From Geosiphon pyriformis uo1 (Eukaryota; Fungi; Glomeromycota): DNA of 64,000 bases. Below the pieces are notes generated by a model. That model ran no database searches. It was not told the origin of the DNA and saw only the letters and a program-made list of their open reading frames with translations. Below are positions 38,728-52,301 of the stretch, one piece after another; position 1 is the first letter of the stretch, and every line of letters begins with the position of its first letter. Where the stretch lies: NCBI GenBank assembly GCA_016748015.1, contig JAAOMT010000003.1, positions 562,373-626,372 on the forward strand, read 5' to 3'. The translations under genes were made by a program, and so were the position numbers.

Positions 38728-39601
38728 TGTTACGGAATGGTTTTCTTGTTATATTTAATTACTAATATCTCGTTTTAATTGCAATTAGTCTTTTATAAGT
38801 TTCTCAATTCTATTTGTGTGATAATGTCACTGTTATACTGAAGGTTTTCTTTTTAATGTTGTGATATAAGTTATTCTTCAATTCCTGATTGTTGTGTGTG
38901 TTTATGTACTCCTTCTCAGAGGCTGAACTGAAATCTACCTGCTGTCTGGGGTCTTTTCTGAGACTATTCTTGCAATTGTCTGATGTGTTTCTCTAATCTA
39001 GAAACACAAAATGTTAATGGCTTTTAGTGTTTTTTCTAATTCTTACAATAAAGCTTTTATCAATTAGTAACAACATAAATAATCTTGATCAAAGATTATT
39101 CTTTCAAGGGATTTAGTTAATGAATGATAGTTTCATTCAATAAATAATACAAGTAAGTTTTTTAATACTTTGAGTTGTAATAATTTAGTTTTAAATATTC
39201 TTTTTCATTTCTTTTTGATTTAAAGGTTTCTTGGGATATTTAATTTGAAAGTATGCTTTAAAGTGGAGTTTGTTGGATAAAATTGGATCTATTGTTTGAT
39301 AAGTTATGATTTTTATTACTTGATTTTCTTTTCTCAATATTAAAGCTATTGTATATATACATGTTTGTAGTTCTACAAGAAAACACATTGTAATACCTTT
39401 TTTTTGATATTTCAACCTGGTGTTTGCTACTATTACCAGTTGGTGTTGACTGCTATTGTGAACTGATGCTTGCCACTATTATGAGATGGTGTTTGCTACT
39501 ATGTTAATTAATACCTTTCTAAGATTATTACTGTGCTATATTATGATTAAATAGTTTATATTATTTTTATGATTCTTTTGCTAAATTCTTAAACCATAAC
39601 A
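38728..39601 (-). repeat. G5 3' LTR (874 bp)
   Basis: TGTTA...TAACA; direct repeat of 47567-48439. Confidence 0.95.
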
Positions 39602-40283
39602 TTATCCCCTCTTTTCAAGATTGAGCTTCATCAAAATCGAAGTTAATTTCTTCATTAAATTTTAAGTTACTATAGTGATTCAATATTGTGTTATTAATTT
39701 GTTGTTGTAATTCTTAAAATTGCAAGTTGGTAAGTTGTCCAATACTGTTAATTATTATTATGTTCATGGTTGGGTCCAACAATAGTTTGTGACAGTTTTC
39801 AAATGCTTTGAAAATTCTTTAAACTGTTTTTGAATGGAATGTAGTATTGGTTTTTTCAATGAAAGGTTCTAATAGTTGGATGGTTGTTTTGTCAAACACT
39901 CTAGTTGAGTCTTTTGAGTATAATGTTTGTATGTTCAAGTGCTTTCCTAGTTGATAATAACAGTAGTTAATTGGAAATTTTGTTTTCAAGTTGCTAAATG
40001 TGTCTGGTGTTAATTCACTTATTTCTATTTTTTTCATTATTAATGTATTGTCCAATGCTATCTCTAATTTTTCAATAACTTTGCTGATAAATTTGTTGTT
40101 ATGTTTGGTAATATTATATGGTTCAAAATTATGTTTTTTTCTTGTTTTTGGATTTTCTATTGTTCTTTTTATGTATGTTATTTTGGAGCTATTAACTGTG
40201 ATTTCCAGATCGGATTTCAATTGTTGTAAGCTTTCAATTAATTGTTAAGTTATATTGTTGATGTTTTCTGGAATAAGTATCAT
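39602..40283 (-). pseudogene. G5 ORF3 homologue
   Basis: MILIPENINNIT*QLIESLQQLKSDLEITVNSSKITYIK..YYQLGKHL..SIGQLTNLQF aligns with G4 ORF3. Confidence 0.8.
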
Positions 40284-40366
40284 TGTTTTAATTTTGACTG
40301 CTATTTTGGAATCTTTTGCATGCATTTTTATAGTTGTTAAATCATTTTTGCCATGATCTAAGATTA

Positions 40367-41747
40367 ATTATCTTTTTGAATAATGTTCAATTAAAACTAT
40401 TGGTTTTAAATCTCATGGAATTTGTTCTGGTAGAATTAAAGATAATTGTGTTCCAATTCTGAGTGTCTTTGTTGTTATTACTGGTTTACTGTAATAGAAT
40501 TTCAGCCGGTTACCATGTGCTGCTTTTCTTAATATTTTATTATCTAGTCTTAGCTTGTATGCTCCATTTTCAAGTATTTTGTGAATATAAAATGGTCTAT
40601 CCCACTTGTGATCAAATTTTCCACTCCATTGTTTTTCCATTTTTGTACGATACAACAATACTTTATTTCCAATTTTGTAGCTAATTATATTATCTGGTAA
40701 CTGGTTATCATGTTTCATTTTTTGTTGTTTTTGTAATTGTTCAATATTTTGTGCTGCTTTTCTTCTTTTGTTTTCTAAAGTTCCTATTAATTCGTATGTT
40801 CTTTTAAGTAGTGTTTCCTGGAATGTTGCTTCTGTGATAGTGTCATTTGGATAAGTCGGGATAGTAAGTTCAACTGGTAATATGGCTTTTCTTCTATAAA
40901 CTAGTTCAAACGGTGTGAATTGTGTAGTATCTTGTTTTACTGTTTTATATGCTAGTAGTACTGCTGGTATGAACAAATCCCATTTTTTTTCATGTTCATT
41001 ACTAATTTTTGCCAGTGATTTGCATAATGTGTGATTAAATCTTTTAATTAATCCATTTGTTTGAGGATGGTATGGTGATAACAGTGGTCACTTGATTCCA
41101 AATTTTTGGCTAAATTCTTTTAAGGTGCTGTTTACAAAGTGTGTATCTTAATCTGATAGCAATTCTTGTGAACATCCATGCTGGCAAATTAAGTCTTCAT
41201 GTATGAATTGAGCTACAGAAATAGCATCAGCTGTTTTAATAGCTCTAGCTTCTGGCCATTTGGTAAGATAGTTCATGGCTATTGCAATATAATGGTTGTT
41301 TCTTGTTGTTATTGGTAAGGGTCCAACTAAATCAATTCCAATTCTGTTAAATGGCTGTCTAACTTTTATTGGTCTTAATAATTCCATTGTTTTTGCTCCT
41401 CCTCTTTATTGGCATGGATCATAATTTCTTATGTATTGGATTATGTCTGAACTCATTTTTGGCCAATAGTAATAGCTAGTTGCACATTGGATGGTTGCTG
41501 TTTTTCCAAAGTGGCCTGAATGAATATCTGAGTGCATGTTAAATAAGATAGTTTCTTTTTCATCCGTGGTTATAACTCTTAATAGATTATCTGAATTTTG
41601 TCAATTCCGGTAATAAAGTATGTGATTTTGGATGAAATAGTGTTTTGCTAATTTTTGGAGCTTAATTAGCTCTTTTACTGACATTTCTTTGTCTATTTGT
41701 AGTGTTTCCAAGTATTGGCTGAGGTTTTTGTAAAGGTGATTGTTCAT
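40367..41747 (-). pseudogene. G5 ORF2: integrase, separate ORF with intact ATG
   Basis: ATG at 41747 (MNNHLYKNLSQYLETL), MHSDIHSGHFG, IGIDLVGPL, LLSD, KWDRPFYIH. Confidence 0.9.
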
Positions 41748-41776
41748 TGTTGTTGTGGTGGGTGGGTTGGTGATTT

Positions 41777-44700
41777 TTATGTGTGTCTCATTCTTGACAA
41801 ACAGTTAGCATTAGCATTTTTGGTACTTTCTTTGTATTTAATAATATAATCGTATGGTGCTAATGTTTGTAACCATCTGGCATATTTTCTTTTTAGTGCT
41901 TTTTTGTTATTTAATTAGATCAGACCTCTATGATCTGTGGTAATCTCAAAGGGTTGGTACCGTAAATATGTGTCAAAGTGAACACAACTCCAGACTACTG
42001 CTAAGCATTCAAGTTTGTGTGCTGCATAGTTTTGTTCTGCCATACTGAGACTTCTGCTAGCATAAGCGATTACCTGTTCTCTTCTATTATTATCTTTTTG
42101 TGACAGAATGGCTCCAAGTCCAGTTCTAGAGGCATCTGTGGCCAAAATGAATTTCTTGTTGAAATTTGGATAGATCATTATTGGTGATTCAATGAGCTTT
42201 TGTCTAAGATACTTGAAAGCTTTTTGTTATGTTTCAGTTTATTCAAACTTCACATTTTTGGATAGTAGATAATTAAGGGGTTTGACAATGTTTAAAAAGT
42301 TTTCTACAAAGTGGCGATAGTAAAATACGAGTCCTAAAAAGCTTCTAACTTCTGAAACGTTTCAAGGTACTAGAAAATTTTTCACTTTGTTTATTTTTGA
42401 TGGATCTGGTTTTATTCCATCTTTTCCAACTACATGTCCTAAAAATGCTAGCTCATTTTTCCCAAAAAAACATTTTTTTAGATTTAGTTTAAGTCCAGTG
42501 TGTCTTAATCTCTCAAAAACTTGTTGTAAATATTGGAAATGATCTGTGAATTTTGACAAGAAAACATTTGTATCATCCAAGTAGACAACAATGGATTGCC
42601 ACAGAATTCCAGAGTAAATTACGTTCATTAGTCTTTGAAATGTTGCAGGAGTGTTTGTTAATCCAAATAGCATTATATTAAACTCATAATTGCCATTTTG
42701 TGTTGTAAATGCTGTTTTATGCCTGTTCTTTGGGTCCATTTTCACTTGTCAATACCCACTGGTCAAGTCCAGTGTAGAAAACTATTTTGCTCCTCCAAAA
42801 ACATCGAAAATTTTGTCAATTAACGGTATTGGGTATGAATCTTTGGTTGTTTTGCTGTTTAGTTTGCGATAGTCAATGCAAAATCTAATTTTTCCGTTTT
42901 TTTCCTTACTAAAACAACTGGTGAGGACCATGGGCTCATTGATGGTTGTATTATTCCTTTTTCCAACATGCTTTGGACTTCTTTTCTGATAAAATTATGC
43001 TCCATTGGTGGGATACTGTAAGCATATTGTTTTTCAGGTCTGGCATCTCCAGTGGGGATTTGGTGTTAAACCAAGTTGGTTCTTTCAAATTTGCCATTTT
43101 ATAAAAATATATCAGAGTATTTTAAAATTAATGCTTTTAATTGTCGCTGTTGGTCAGGATTCATTGTTCTAATGTTTAATTTGGTCAATTTTTCTGTCGT
43201 AAATTGATAGCATTCCAACAGTTGTTGCCAATTTATTAAAGTGAGTTCACAGTAAAGGGCAATTTCTGGGAAATTTAGAATTTCTTGTGGTGTTGACATG
43301 TTTTCTAGCTCTGTTCCAAAGTATCTAATGATGGTATCTTCCAGAATATAGACGGGTTCTTCTGTGGTGTTTGCAATAGAAATTTTTATCCATTGAGCTT
43401 TATCAGCTAAAATAAAAAGATTAGTAAGTTCTATAAGAAACTGTTGGCAAGTTTCTGGGTAGGACTTAAATATTAGGTCTTTTTCTTTAATTGTTCTTTT
43501 TATTCTTATTTCTGATTTTCCATATGGTAGGAGCATGATAGACTGCTCAGTTTTAATTACTTCATCTTTTTCCTCTATTGTTTCAGCAAAATTTACTTCA
43601 ATTCTTTTTCCTGTCGATCTGAAACCAAAAATTCCTCTTGTTGTTTGTGATAATTCCTCATGATTTTCCACTGGCACAAATTTCCCAATTTTCACCAATG
43701 ATAGGAAAATTGCTTGTGCAATTTTTTCCTTAGATTCAATGGTATAAGGCTTTTCTGAATTGTTCTGTAGCAAAACCATCAAATTTCTAGTGTATTTGGA
43801 ATCAATTACTCCTTCTTGAATGTTTATTTTTTTTTTCGCAAGGCTTGATTGTGACGCTATTTGAACCATTATTCCTGACAGAATTTCAACCACTATTTTT
43901 AGGTCAATTTTGGTGATGCTCCTGGGTGGTAACATTGTGGATTAGTCTTCTGGATAACGTAGATCAAATCTAGCATCGGTTAGATGGGCTCTTTTAGATA
44001 TTATTCCTAAGTGCCTGTTGTTGAAGTATTGGATGTTGGTTACCTGTTCTAAGTCAGTATAAGCTACAAATTTTTCTGACTCAAGACCATCAGGTAAGTC
44101 TTGTTGATTTATTGATTGATTTTGAGACTGCTGATTCTCAATTTCCATTTTTTTTTCTAAGTTTCTTTCATCTTGACACTCTTCACAGCACTGATTTTGG
44201 CACAGGATAAGACAGTTTTTGCAGAGATAAGTTTTGATTTGGGCGAGGTATTGTTCTTGCTCTTGTCAAGTGGGGCATAGTTATTGGTAGTAGTCCTGGA
44301 ATTCATCCACTGGGTTGAATATGTTATAGCTGACAACTTCGTTGGCTACTTCAGCTGACTTTTTCTAACATCATATTTCTTTGGCGGTTCTTCTTCTTAC
44401 TTTGGCTTGTATGGTGTTGTACAACTCGTTCTTGTCATGTGGGTAGTACTGTAGTTCTTTTAACACTCTGTTGAATGCTGCTTTGAATAGCATTCCTTCT
44501 TTTACCCAGTCACAGATAAAGATTGTGTATTGGCAAGTTGCATTACATGTTTCTCTTCTGCCTAGTATATCATTCCAATTACACCCTCTTGGTAACAGTT
44601 CTCCATAAGTGAGGCATGGTTCTTCATCCCATTTTCTATGTCTTTCTGAATAACTGTATTTTTTTTTGTTATAACAATTACAATAGTAGTGGGTGGGATT

Positions 44701-47484
44701 TCTTGGATCTTCATCTGGTGCACTGTACACAGTCATAGACAAGAGTTTTTTCTTGTAAACTAAGCATTCTAGCTTTGGTCTGCATCACTGGCAGTTTTTT
44801 TGTGAACCTATCTGGTTCTATTTGGATCTTTCTTTACTGGTCTATGTTGATATGGCTGGTAGTTCTGTTCTTTGGTCATCAGCCCAAGAGAGCTAATAGA
44901 TTTTGATGGCTGGTAGTGCTGGATTTTCCTCAAATTCGAAGGTAGGTCTTTGGTTGGTGTTGGGTTTTTGGAAATGGCCACAGGTGGCTGGAATTTTGGC
45001 CTGGTGGTCATTATAATTGATCAGAAGTTCTTGGGTGGTCCAGTTTAGGGTGGCATTGGCTTTTGTTAGCCAGTCATTCTTTACTAACACTTAATATTGT
45101 GTAACATTCATTACTAATACTTTTGTAGGTATTACTATGCCATTAATTTCGAAAGAGAATGAGTCAATTTCACTATGAGGCAGCTTTGTATTTCCATCGG
45201 CTGTTATGATTTGGGATGTTGCAGCATAATCAACTTTGAAACCCAGTTGGTTTACTAGTTGAAGCATTACAATGCTTCCAGCAGATCTGCTGTCTAAGAT
45301 AAGTTTAATTGGGGTATTGTTTACAGTGGCTTCCATATACATAGCAGTAATTGGGCGTTTTTCATCCAATACTGCTCTACTGAACATAGCCTTGTTTTTC
45401 TCTAATTCAAAAGGAAAAATAGCTGCAAGGCTGCTATCTTTGGTGGCAACTGCTGGTGGTATTGTTTGGCTCAATTTGTTGGAGGAATTTTTGGTTCTGT
45501 TTATGTTTTTACTGTCATTGTTTCCGATGATTAGATTTTCTGGTATATTAAGATAAGTTTGTTGATAATTTTGGTAGTTTGGATTGGTTTGCTGATTGGT
45601 TCCGGCGTGGTTTGGATTCCTCTGGACCAATGTGTTCTGGTTCTACATAGGCTAATTTCGGGCCTCAGGATACCAATTTGGGTTGGCTATTATGGGCTGT
45701 TGCTGATAAGCTTCTTGATTTTAATACGTGGTGGGATATTGGCATGGTATTGGCGTGTACTCGTAAAAATAATTACTACGCGCCATCTCAAATGTCCAAA
45801 AACCTGCTTTTTGCATCATTCACGTTCGACATTGACTAATCAAATGTTTTATGCATTTGCAAAAATGGTAGGCATGCATTTCTGTTCTGAATTTCTGGCA
45901 CGATGATCAATTATTTTGACTGTTGCTGACTTCTTGGCTGCATCTTTGGAATGGTTGGTATGTATTTCTTTTCGGATCCAGAATGAGGTAACTTTCTATT
46001 TTCTTAGAGAGTTCCTCCCCTAATTGTATTACTCTTTTCTCTAATGTTTTTGTCTTATTTTCCTCCATTATCATGTTAACTATTTGACTATGGTTAGCTT
46101 CTTTCTCAGCTAATTCAAAGACTCTAGCAAGCGTAATGGCTTCTGGTAAGGAATTAGGGTGGGCAGGGCGTACTCTTCCTAAAATGCTGCTTTTTAATCC
46201 TCTAATAAACTGATTTAAAACCTGAAGATCAGTGTAGTATCCTTGTTCAATCACTTCAATCTGACAGCAAATTCGATTGAATCAAGCAAGGTATTGGGTG
46301 ACAGTTTCACCAGTATTTTGCTTAATAGTATTGAATTCATTCTGTAGTTGGATTACGGCATTTGGGTTGCTAAAATACTCCAGGAGTGCATTTTTAAATT
46401 CGGCAAAGCTCATGGGTTTTGTTTCCAGGCTTTGATACCACGAGTCAGCTGTGCCTTTCAGGAAGAAAGGTAATGTTTGAATTGCTCTTTGGTCATTCCA
46501 GTTATTTGTCTGGATGGCTTTTTGTGCTTCTCTGAGTCACGTGTGCACATCTGTTTCTTCTTTTTCTCCTGAGAAATCTGTTAGTCTTGCAATATATGAT
46601 GTGGTCATTTCATTGCTGTTTTCTACTGATGGGCTTATTGGTCTAAGAGAAGGTGGGATGATATTTCCTTAAGCATTCCTAAAGGTGGCTTCCCTTATAT
46701 CTGGTTCTTCTTCTTGATCATGAGTTTCTTGGTTTCTGGACTGGCTGTTTATTCCAGTAACTGGTCTTGTGATTGTTTTTTTGCTGGTCTCTTTTTCAGA
46801 TTCTGATTCAGACTCCTCTTCATGGTTTTCAAACTCTGTTCTAAATTTTGGCTGAAAAAGAGGGTTTTAGAATAGTGATGAATATTCTCTTGTAATTGGT
46901 ATGTCTCTCCAGTTATGTTGTTTAATTTTATCAGTATAACTAGGAGTTCTTGGTGTTTGTGGAGTTAATGTTGATAATGCAGCTTTTAATGGAATTTGTA
47001 TCTTATTTTCTGGTGAAAAATGGTATGATTTATCTTCTGGTGAATAAATACGTTGTTTCTTTATTGATTGAGTAACAGTTTTCTTTGGTGTTTGAGCAGG
47101 TGTTCCTAGTTTTTGCTGGTTACTTTCCTGATTAGTTTCTAAATTTTTTTTGGTTTTGTTGGTGTGTTTCCTAGTGTTTCCTGTGGATATTGAAAAATTT
47201 TTGTTAGCATATTGCTCAATTTCTTGATGGATTTTGACAATAGTTGCGGCTATTACTGCTACTTCTTTTGTAGTGTATTGTGATAATTCTCTATACAATC
47301 TAAGTTTTGTGTCGTGTGGTTCTTCTTCCTTTCCTATATGATAATTTATTCTGGTGTTAATATAATAAGTAAGGGCAGATTTTGCTGGACAACACTCTTC
47401 TGGTAATCCAAGATCACTTTGATTTTGTGTATAAATAGCATGGCAGAATTCAAGAACAGTAAGATTAGGGGTTTTTGTTACCAC
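41777..47484 (-). pseudogene. G5 ORF1: Gag - protease - Cys-rich - dUTPase - RT - RNase H
   Basis: VLNQFIRGLK, LILDSRSAGS, TDARFDLRYP..GVIDSKY..KIAQAIF..RGIFGFRSTG, VVYLDD, LATDASRTGLGAILSQ; ends NANCLSRMRHT-TAA. Confidence 0.9.
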
Positions 47485-47566
47485 TTTTGTCTCTTCTTTT
47501 TTAGCAATGAATTATTGCTAATTATTATTTCCTTTTTGATTTTCTTTTCTCATAGGGTTCACCAAA

Positions 47567-48439
47567 TGTTATGGGATGGTTTTTTTGTTATATTTAATGG
47601 CAATATCTCATTTTAATTGCAATCAGTCTTTCGTGAGTTCCTCAATTCTATTTGTGTAATAATGTCACTATTATACTGAAGATTTTCTTTTTAATATTGC
47701 GATATAAGTTATTCTTCAATTCCTGATTGTTGTGTGTGTTTATGTACTCCTTTTCAGAGGCTGAACTGAAATCTACCTGCTGTCTGGAGTCTTTTTTGAG
47801 GCTATTCTTGCAATTGTCTGATGTGTTTCTCTAATCTAGAAACACAGAATGTTAATGGCTTTTAGTGTTTTTTCTAATTCTTACAATAAAGCTTTTATTA
47901 ATTAGTAACAACATAAATAATCTAGATCAAAGATTATTCTTCCAAGAGATTTAGTTAATGAATGATAGTTTTATTCAATAAATAATACAAGTAAGTTTCT
48001 TAATACTTTGGGTTGTGATAATTTAGTTTTAAATATTCTTTTTCATTTCTTTTTGATTTAAAGGTTTCTTGGGATATTTAATTTGAAAGTATGATTTAAA
48101 GTGAAGTTTGTTGGATAAAATTGGATCTATTGCTTGATAAGTTATGATTTTTATTACTTGATTCTCTTTTCTCAATATTAAAGCTACTGTATATATACAT
48201 GTTTGTAGTTCTATGAGAAAATACATTGTAATACTTTCTTTTTGATATTTCAACCTGGTGTTTACTGCTATCACCAGTTGGTGTTGGCTGCTATTGTGAA
48301 CTGGTGCTTGCCACTATCACAAGATGGTATTTGCTACTATGTTAATCATTACTTTTCTAAGATTATTACTGTGCTATATTATGATTGAATAGTTTATATT
48401 ATTTTTATGATTCTTTTGCTAAATTCTTAAATCATAATA
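47567..48439 (-). repeat. G5 5' LTR (873 bp)
   Basis: Direct repeat of 38728-39601; PBS adjacent. Confidence 0.95.
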
Positions 48440-50395
48440 GCAGTGTCTAAAGTTGTTGAGGTTGATAAATGATTTGTGACTGCAGTTAATATATTATGAG
48501 TACTGGAGACTAATAAATTGGTGATAAGTATATTTGTTGTGTTATTGGTAAGTAATGAGATTGATATTGGTCTCAATTTGGGTGGTAATTTGGAGTTTGA
48601 AATTGGTGATCAGGATTTTAATATTGATTTTCTGATCATTAATTATTAATTCTAGCATGGCAGTTAATTCTGATGTATTTTTGTTTACCACAATTGTGGC
48701 AAATATGTGTTTCTTGTTGCCATGATGGTTAAGTCAATAAAAATGTAAGATGTAACTGATTTTGGTGTTAATTGTAGGTTTTGGAATTACCATAATGTTG
48801 TGGTGGTTAATATATAATCTGATTGTTAGCTAAGTATTCCTTAAGTTTTTGATTAATGGAATCACTAAATTGTTTCAATTTGGAATCCAATTTAAATAAT
48901 TTATTTATTACTAGATTTATGGCTTGAGTGTAGTTGACTTCAAGTTCAACTAATTCAAAATTTCTGACATGTGTAACTGCAGCTTAAAGTGTGGCTGAAT
49001 GTTACAAATGTATGTATTACAAGATGCTGCTATGTAATTCACAAATAAACTGGTTCAAAATTTGGGCTACTGTGAAATAATTGGCATCAATTGCTTAAAT
49101 TTGACACAGATTTTTTTGGAAACATTTTAGGTAAGTAGTAATGGCTTCAGTATTTCCTTGTTTAATGGTGGTGAAAGTATTAGCTAGGCAGTTAATGCTA
49201 TTATTGTTACTAAAGTATCTTAAAAACTCAATTTTAAAGACATTGAAATCTTGGGGTTTATTTGCCAAGCTTTAATACTACAAATCAATAGTATTCTGAA
49301 AAAAATATGAGATAGTTTGCAATGCTCTGGCATTGTTTTATCTATTAGCTGTAATGGCTTTCTTCATATTATTGAGTCATACTTGTGCATTATTCTTTTC
49401 ACTGGTGAATTTTTCAAGTTTTGTAATTAATGTGTATGCTATTAGTGCAACAATTAGTTGTTATTGTGAGTTTGGTAGTTGTTGTAGTGGTTGCTGAGCT
49501 GGAAGTTGTAACTGTAGTTGTTGCTGTTTGGCAATTGGTGCAATGAGAAGTGGATCAATCATGATTACTGAAGATAAGTTTTGTTGATTATTAATGATGA
49601 AGTTTAGATTGTTCTGATGTTTTTGGGTTGGAACAATTGAAGTTTGAATTTCTGAATTTTCTGGAATTGGGTTTTGATAATTAAATTCTTGATTCTTGTC
49701 TTTATCTTTTTCCAATTCCATTATCTTTCAAGAACTAACGGTTTTGAAATCTGGTTGGAGTAGTGATGATTGAAATTTTGATGGTGTTAATGATTATAAT
49801 TTGAATCTCTCAAAATATTTGTTATAAATTTCTAATAAATTAGCTTTTTCTTGGTTGCTTTGGAATGTTATTCTTGCTAACAGTATTCTTACAGTTAATG
49901 TAAATGTGTCTGCTAATGTTATGTTAATAATACTTCCTGGTGTATAATGGTATAATAGATAAATAGAAGAAACTACTCTTGGTTTCTTCCAAGTAGATAG
50001 CTGTATTCTTTTTGGTATTTCTGCAAGTGTTTGTAGTTTTCTTTTGTCTTTTTTTGTGTAGGTAATAGAAAATTTTTGCTGGATGTGATTTTCAATTTCT
50101 TTGTTGATTTCAGTGATAATTGGAACAAAGTTGTAGTTTAATGGTAAGCTGATGTATTGAATTAATTTGCTGTAAAAATTTTTTTTTGCTAATTCTGTAT
50201 TTATTGGTTCTCTTAAGAAATATTTAATTCTTTTATTAATGTAAAAATTGAAAGCTAAGTGTTGACAGTAGTATTGAAATAAAAATTTGGCAAATTCTAA
50301 ATAATTTGTTTCTCTTCTTTTGAGTTTTGCCACTTTTGAGTGTTTGTTGTTGGTGTGAATTCTCTATAGGATTATACTTTACAAAAAGCACCAAA

Positions 50396-52301
50396 TGTTA
50401 CAGATGATTATTTGAGATTTCAAATCAAATAACAAACTCATAACTTGGTGCTTAATAACTGATACAGTTAGTAATATCCGAAAATTTTGGTGTTTAAAGA
50501 TTTTAATTGAGTTCTTTGTATAATAGACAGAGATTAAAGTATTGTTTTCTTTTAGTAATGTTTCAAGTGTCAATCCTCAGATTAATGTGTTTTGTTGTCT
50601 GTTACTTCTTAGAATCACAATTCCATCAATTTTTTTCTTGGTGTGGTGGTGTTACTCATAGAAAAAGAATACAAAAAAATAGTAGGAAAAACAGATAAAA
50701 AAAATAGACCAATAAGAGAATAGTATTTAATACATGAGCACATTGCTCAACAATGTGAAGCATTGTCAGAGAATCATGACACATTGTTTAGCAATGAGCA
50801 TATTGTCAGAAATTACAGACACATTGTTCACAAATGTGCAGAATCTTATATAACATAAATTATATATATAGCAAGAGTATTAAAAGCAAAAAAAGTAATT
50901 CCTAGAGAATTCAATAGAGTTTTATTAATTTAGAACAATCCTCTTTCTTCTTTATTTATTAACCCTCATTTCAAGGATAGTTGCTATCAACCAAAATGGA
51001 ATTATATAAATAAAAGATCTTTCCAATTCTTCAAATCCATGTTATTGTCATTTGTTTAAAAATATAATTATTTTCCATTTATCAACACTTCATATTAATA
51101 AAATCCAACACTTAACTATACTGGAACAATAGCTCTTGATCATGGCTATTGACGAGATACTAACTTGAATTGTCTTGGCTTATTTCTAATTTCTTATTTT
51201 CTTTTTATTTTCTTTTCTTTTATTTTATTTTCTTTTGTTTGTTGACTTACTACTGATTAAAGAAATTAAACACTGAGTAATTGATGTCAAAGATAGCCTG
51301 ATAAAAGACCCAGAAATAAGAGTAGAATTATATATATTAACGGATAGCTTATCAGAAGGGCATGACTGTCAAATTAAACTGGCCATCACACTGAAGACAG
51401 AAATTGGGAAAATAACTTGAAAAATCAACCAAAACCAATCATAGTGAATTTCTGTCTATTATACAAAGGACTCCACAATAAATCTTTCAGATAAAACAAC
51501 ACCTTCAGATATTACCAACAACATTATATCAATTGAACAACAAGTTACGGGTTTGTTATTTGCTTTGAGACTCCAAATAATTATCTGTAACAGTAGCCAG
51601 CAATCTTCTAATAAGCTATCCTCAATTATGAATGTCTACCCTTATTTCTGGGTCTTTTACCAGTACTATATTCTAACATCAATACCACCATATATTAATC
51701 AATTAATAAACAATAAAGAAAAAAATAAAGAAAAAAAAGAAAAAAGAAAATAAAAGAAATAAAGAAAATAAGCCAAGGCAATAAAAAGTTAGTATTTTAT
51801 CAATAATTATGATCAAGAGCTATTGTTTTAGTGTAATCAAATATCAAATACTATCAATATGAAGTGTTGATAATAAAAAGAGTAATTTAGATGGTAAATA
51901 ATTATTTATTAATATTGACAATTCTAACTAAAATGTGTTTCAATAGGAAATCTTGGTATTAATTCTATTCTGTCTGATCTGTCTTTTTTACTTTTAATGA
52001 TCTTGCTATATATATATAATTTGGGTTCTACAAGATTGCTTATATTTCCGAGTTATGTGCTATAATTTTTTGAGCAATGCTCATATTGCTAAGCAATGTG
52101 CTCTAATTTTCTAACATTGTTCTATATTGCTGAGCAATATGCTATGATTTTTTGACAATGCTCTACATTGCTAAACAATGTGCCATAATTCCTGACAATA
52201 CTCCATATTGTTGAGCAATGTGCTTATGTGTTAATTACTATTCTCCTATTGGTTTATCTGTTTTTCCTACTATTTTTTTGTATGTTTTTCTATAATTAAC
52301 A
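50396..52301 (-). repeat. G3 5' LTR (50396-50649 + 51597-52301), split by an inverted solo LTR
   Basis: 254+705 = 959 bp, same length as the 3' LTR; TGTTACA...TAACA. Confidence 0.9.
50650..51592 (+). repeat. Solo LTR (family B variant) in opposite orientation inside the G3 5' LTR
   Basis: TGTTAC...GTAACA; TSD GTGG/GTAG; ends are reverse complements of family-B LTR ends. Confidence 0.88.

Larger units (their letters stand above)
38728..48439 (-). mobile_element. G5: complete Ty3/Gypsy element (family C) inserted in the G3 gag-protease linker
   Basis: LTRs 38728-39601 and 47567-48439; TSD ACAG/GCAG; PBS TGGTGAACCC at 47564; PPT AAAAGAGGGGA. Confidence 0.95.
21516..52301 (-). mobile_element. 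G3: Ty3/Gypsy element (family B), internal parts 22475-26029, 36111-38727, 48444-50395; interrupted by G4, G5 and a solo LTR
   Basis: 959-bp LTRs; TSD ACAG (21512-21515, 52302-52305); IN (LSDQKTHF), RT (LKLNTTKCFF), dUTPase (SRFGSTG), protease and gag fragments; PBS TGGTGC at 50393. Confidence 0.9.

Noticed and set aside
39191-39415. Repeated small ORF (also 48029-48274) as a gene
   Set aside because: It lies within the two G5 LTRs, so repetition is expected; no recognisable motif.
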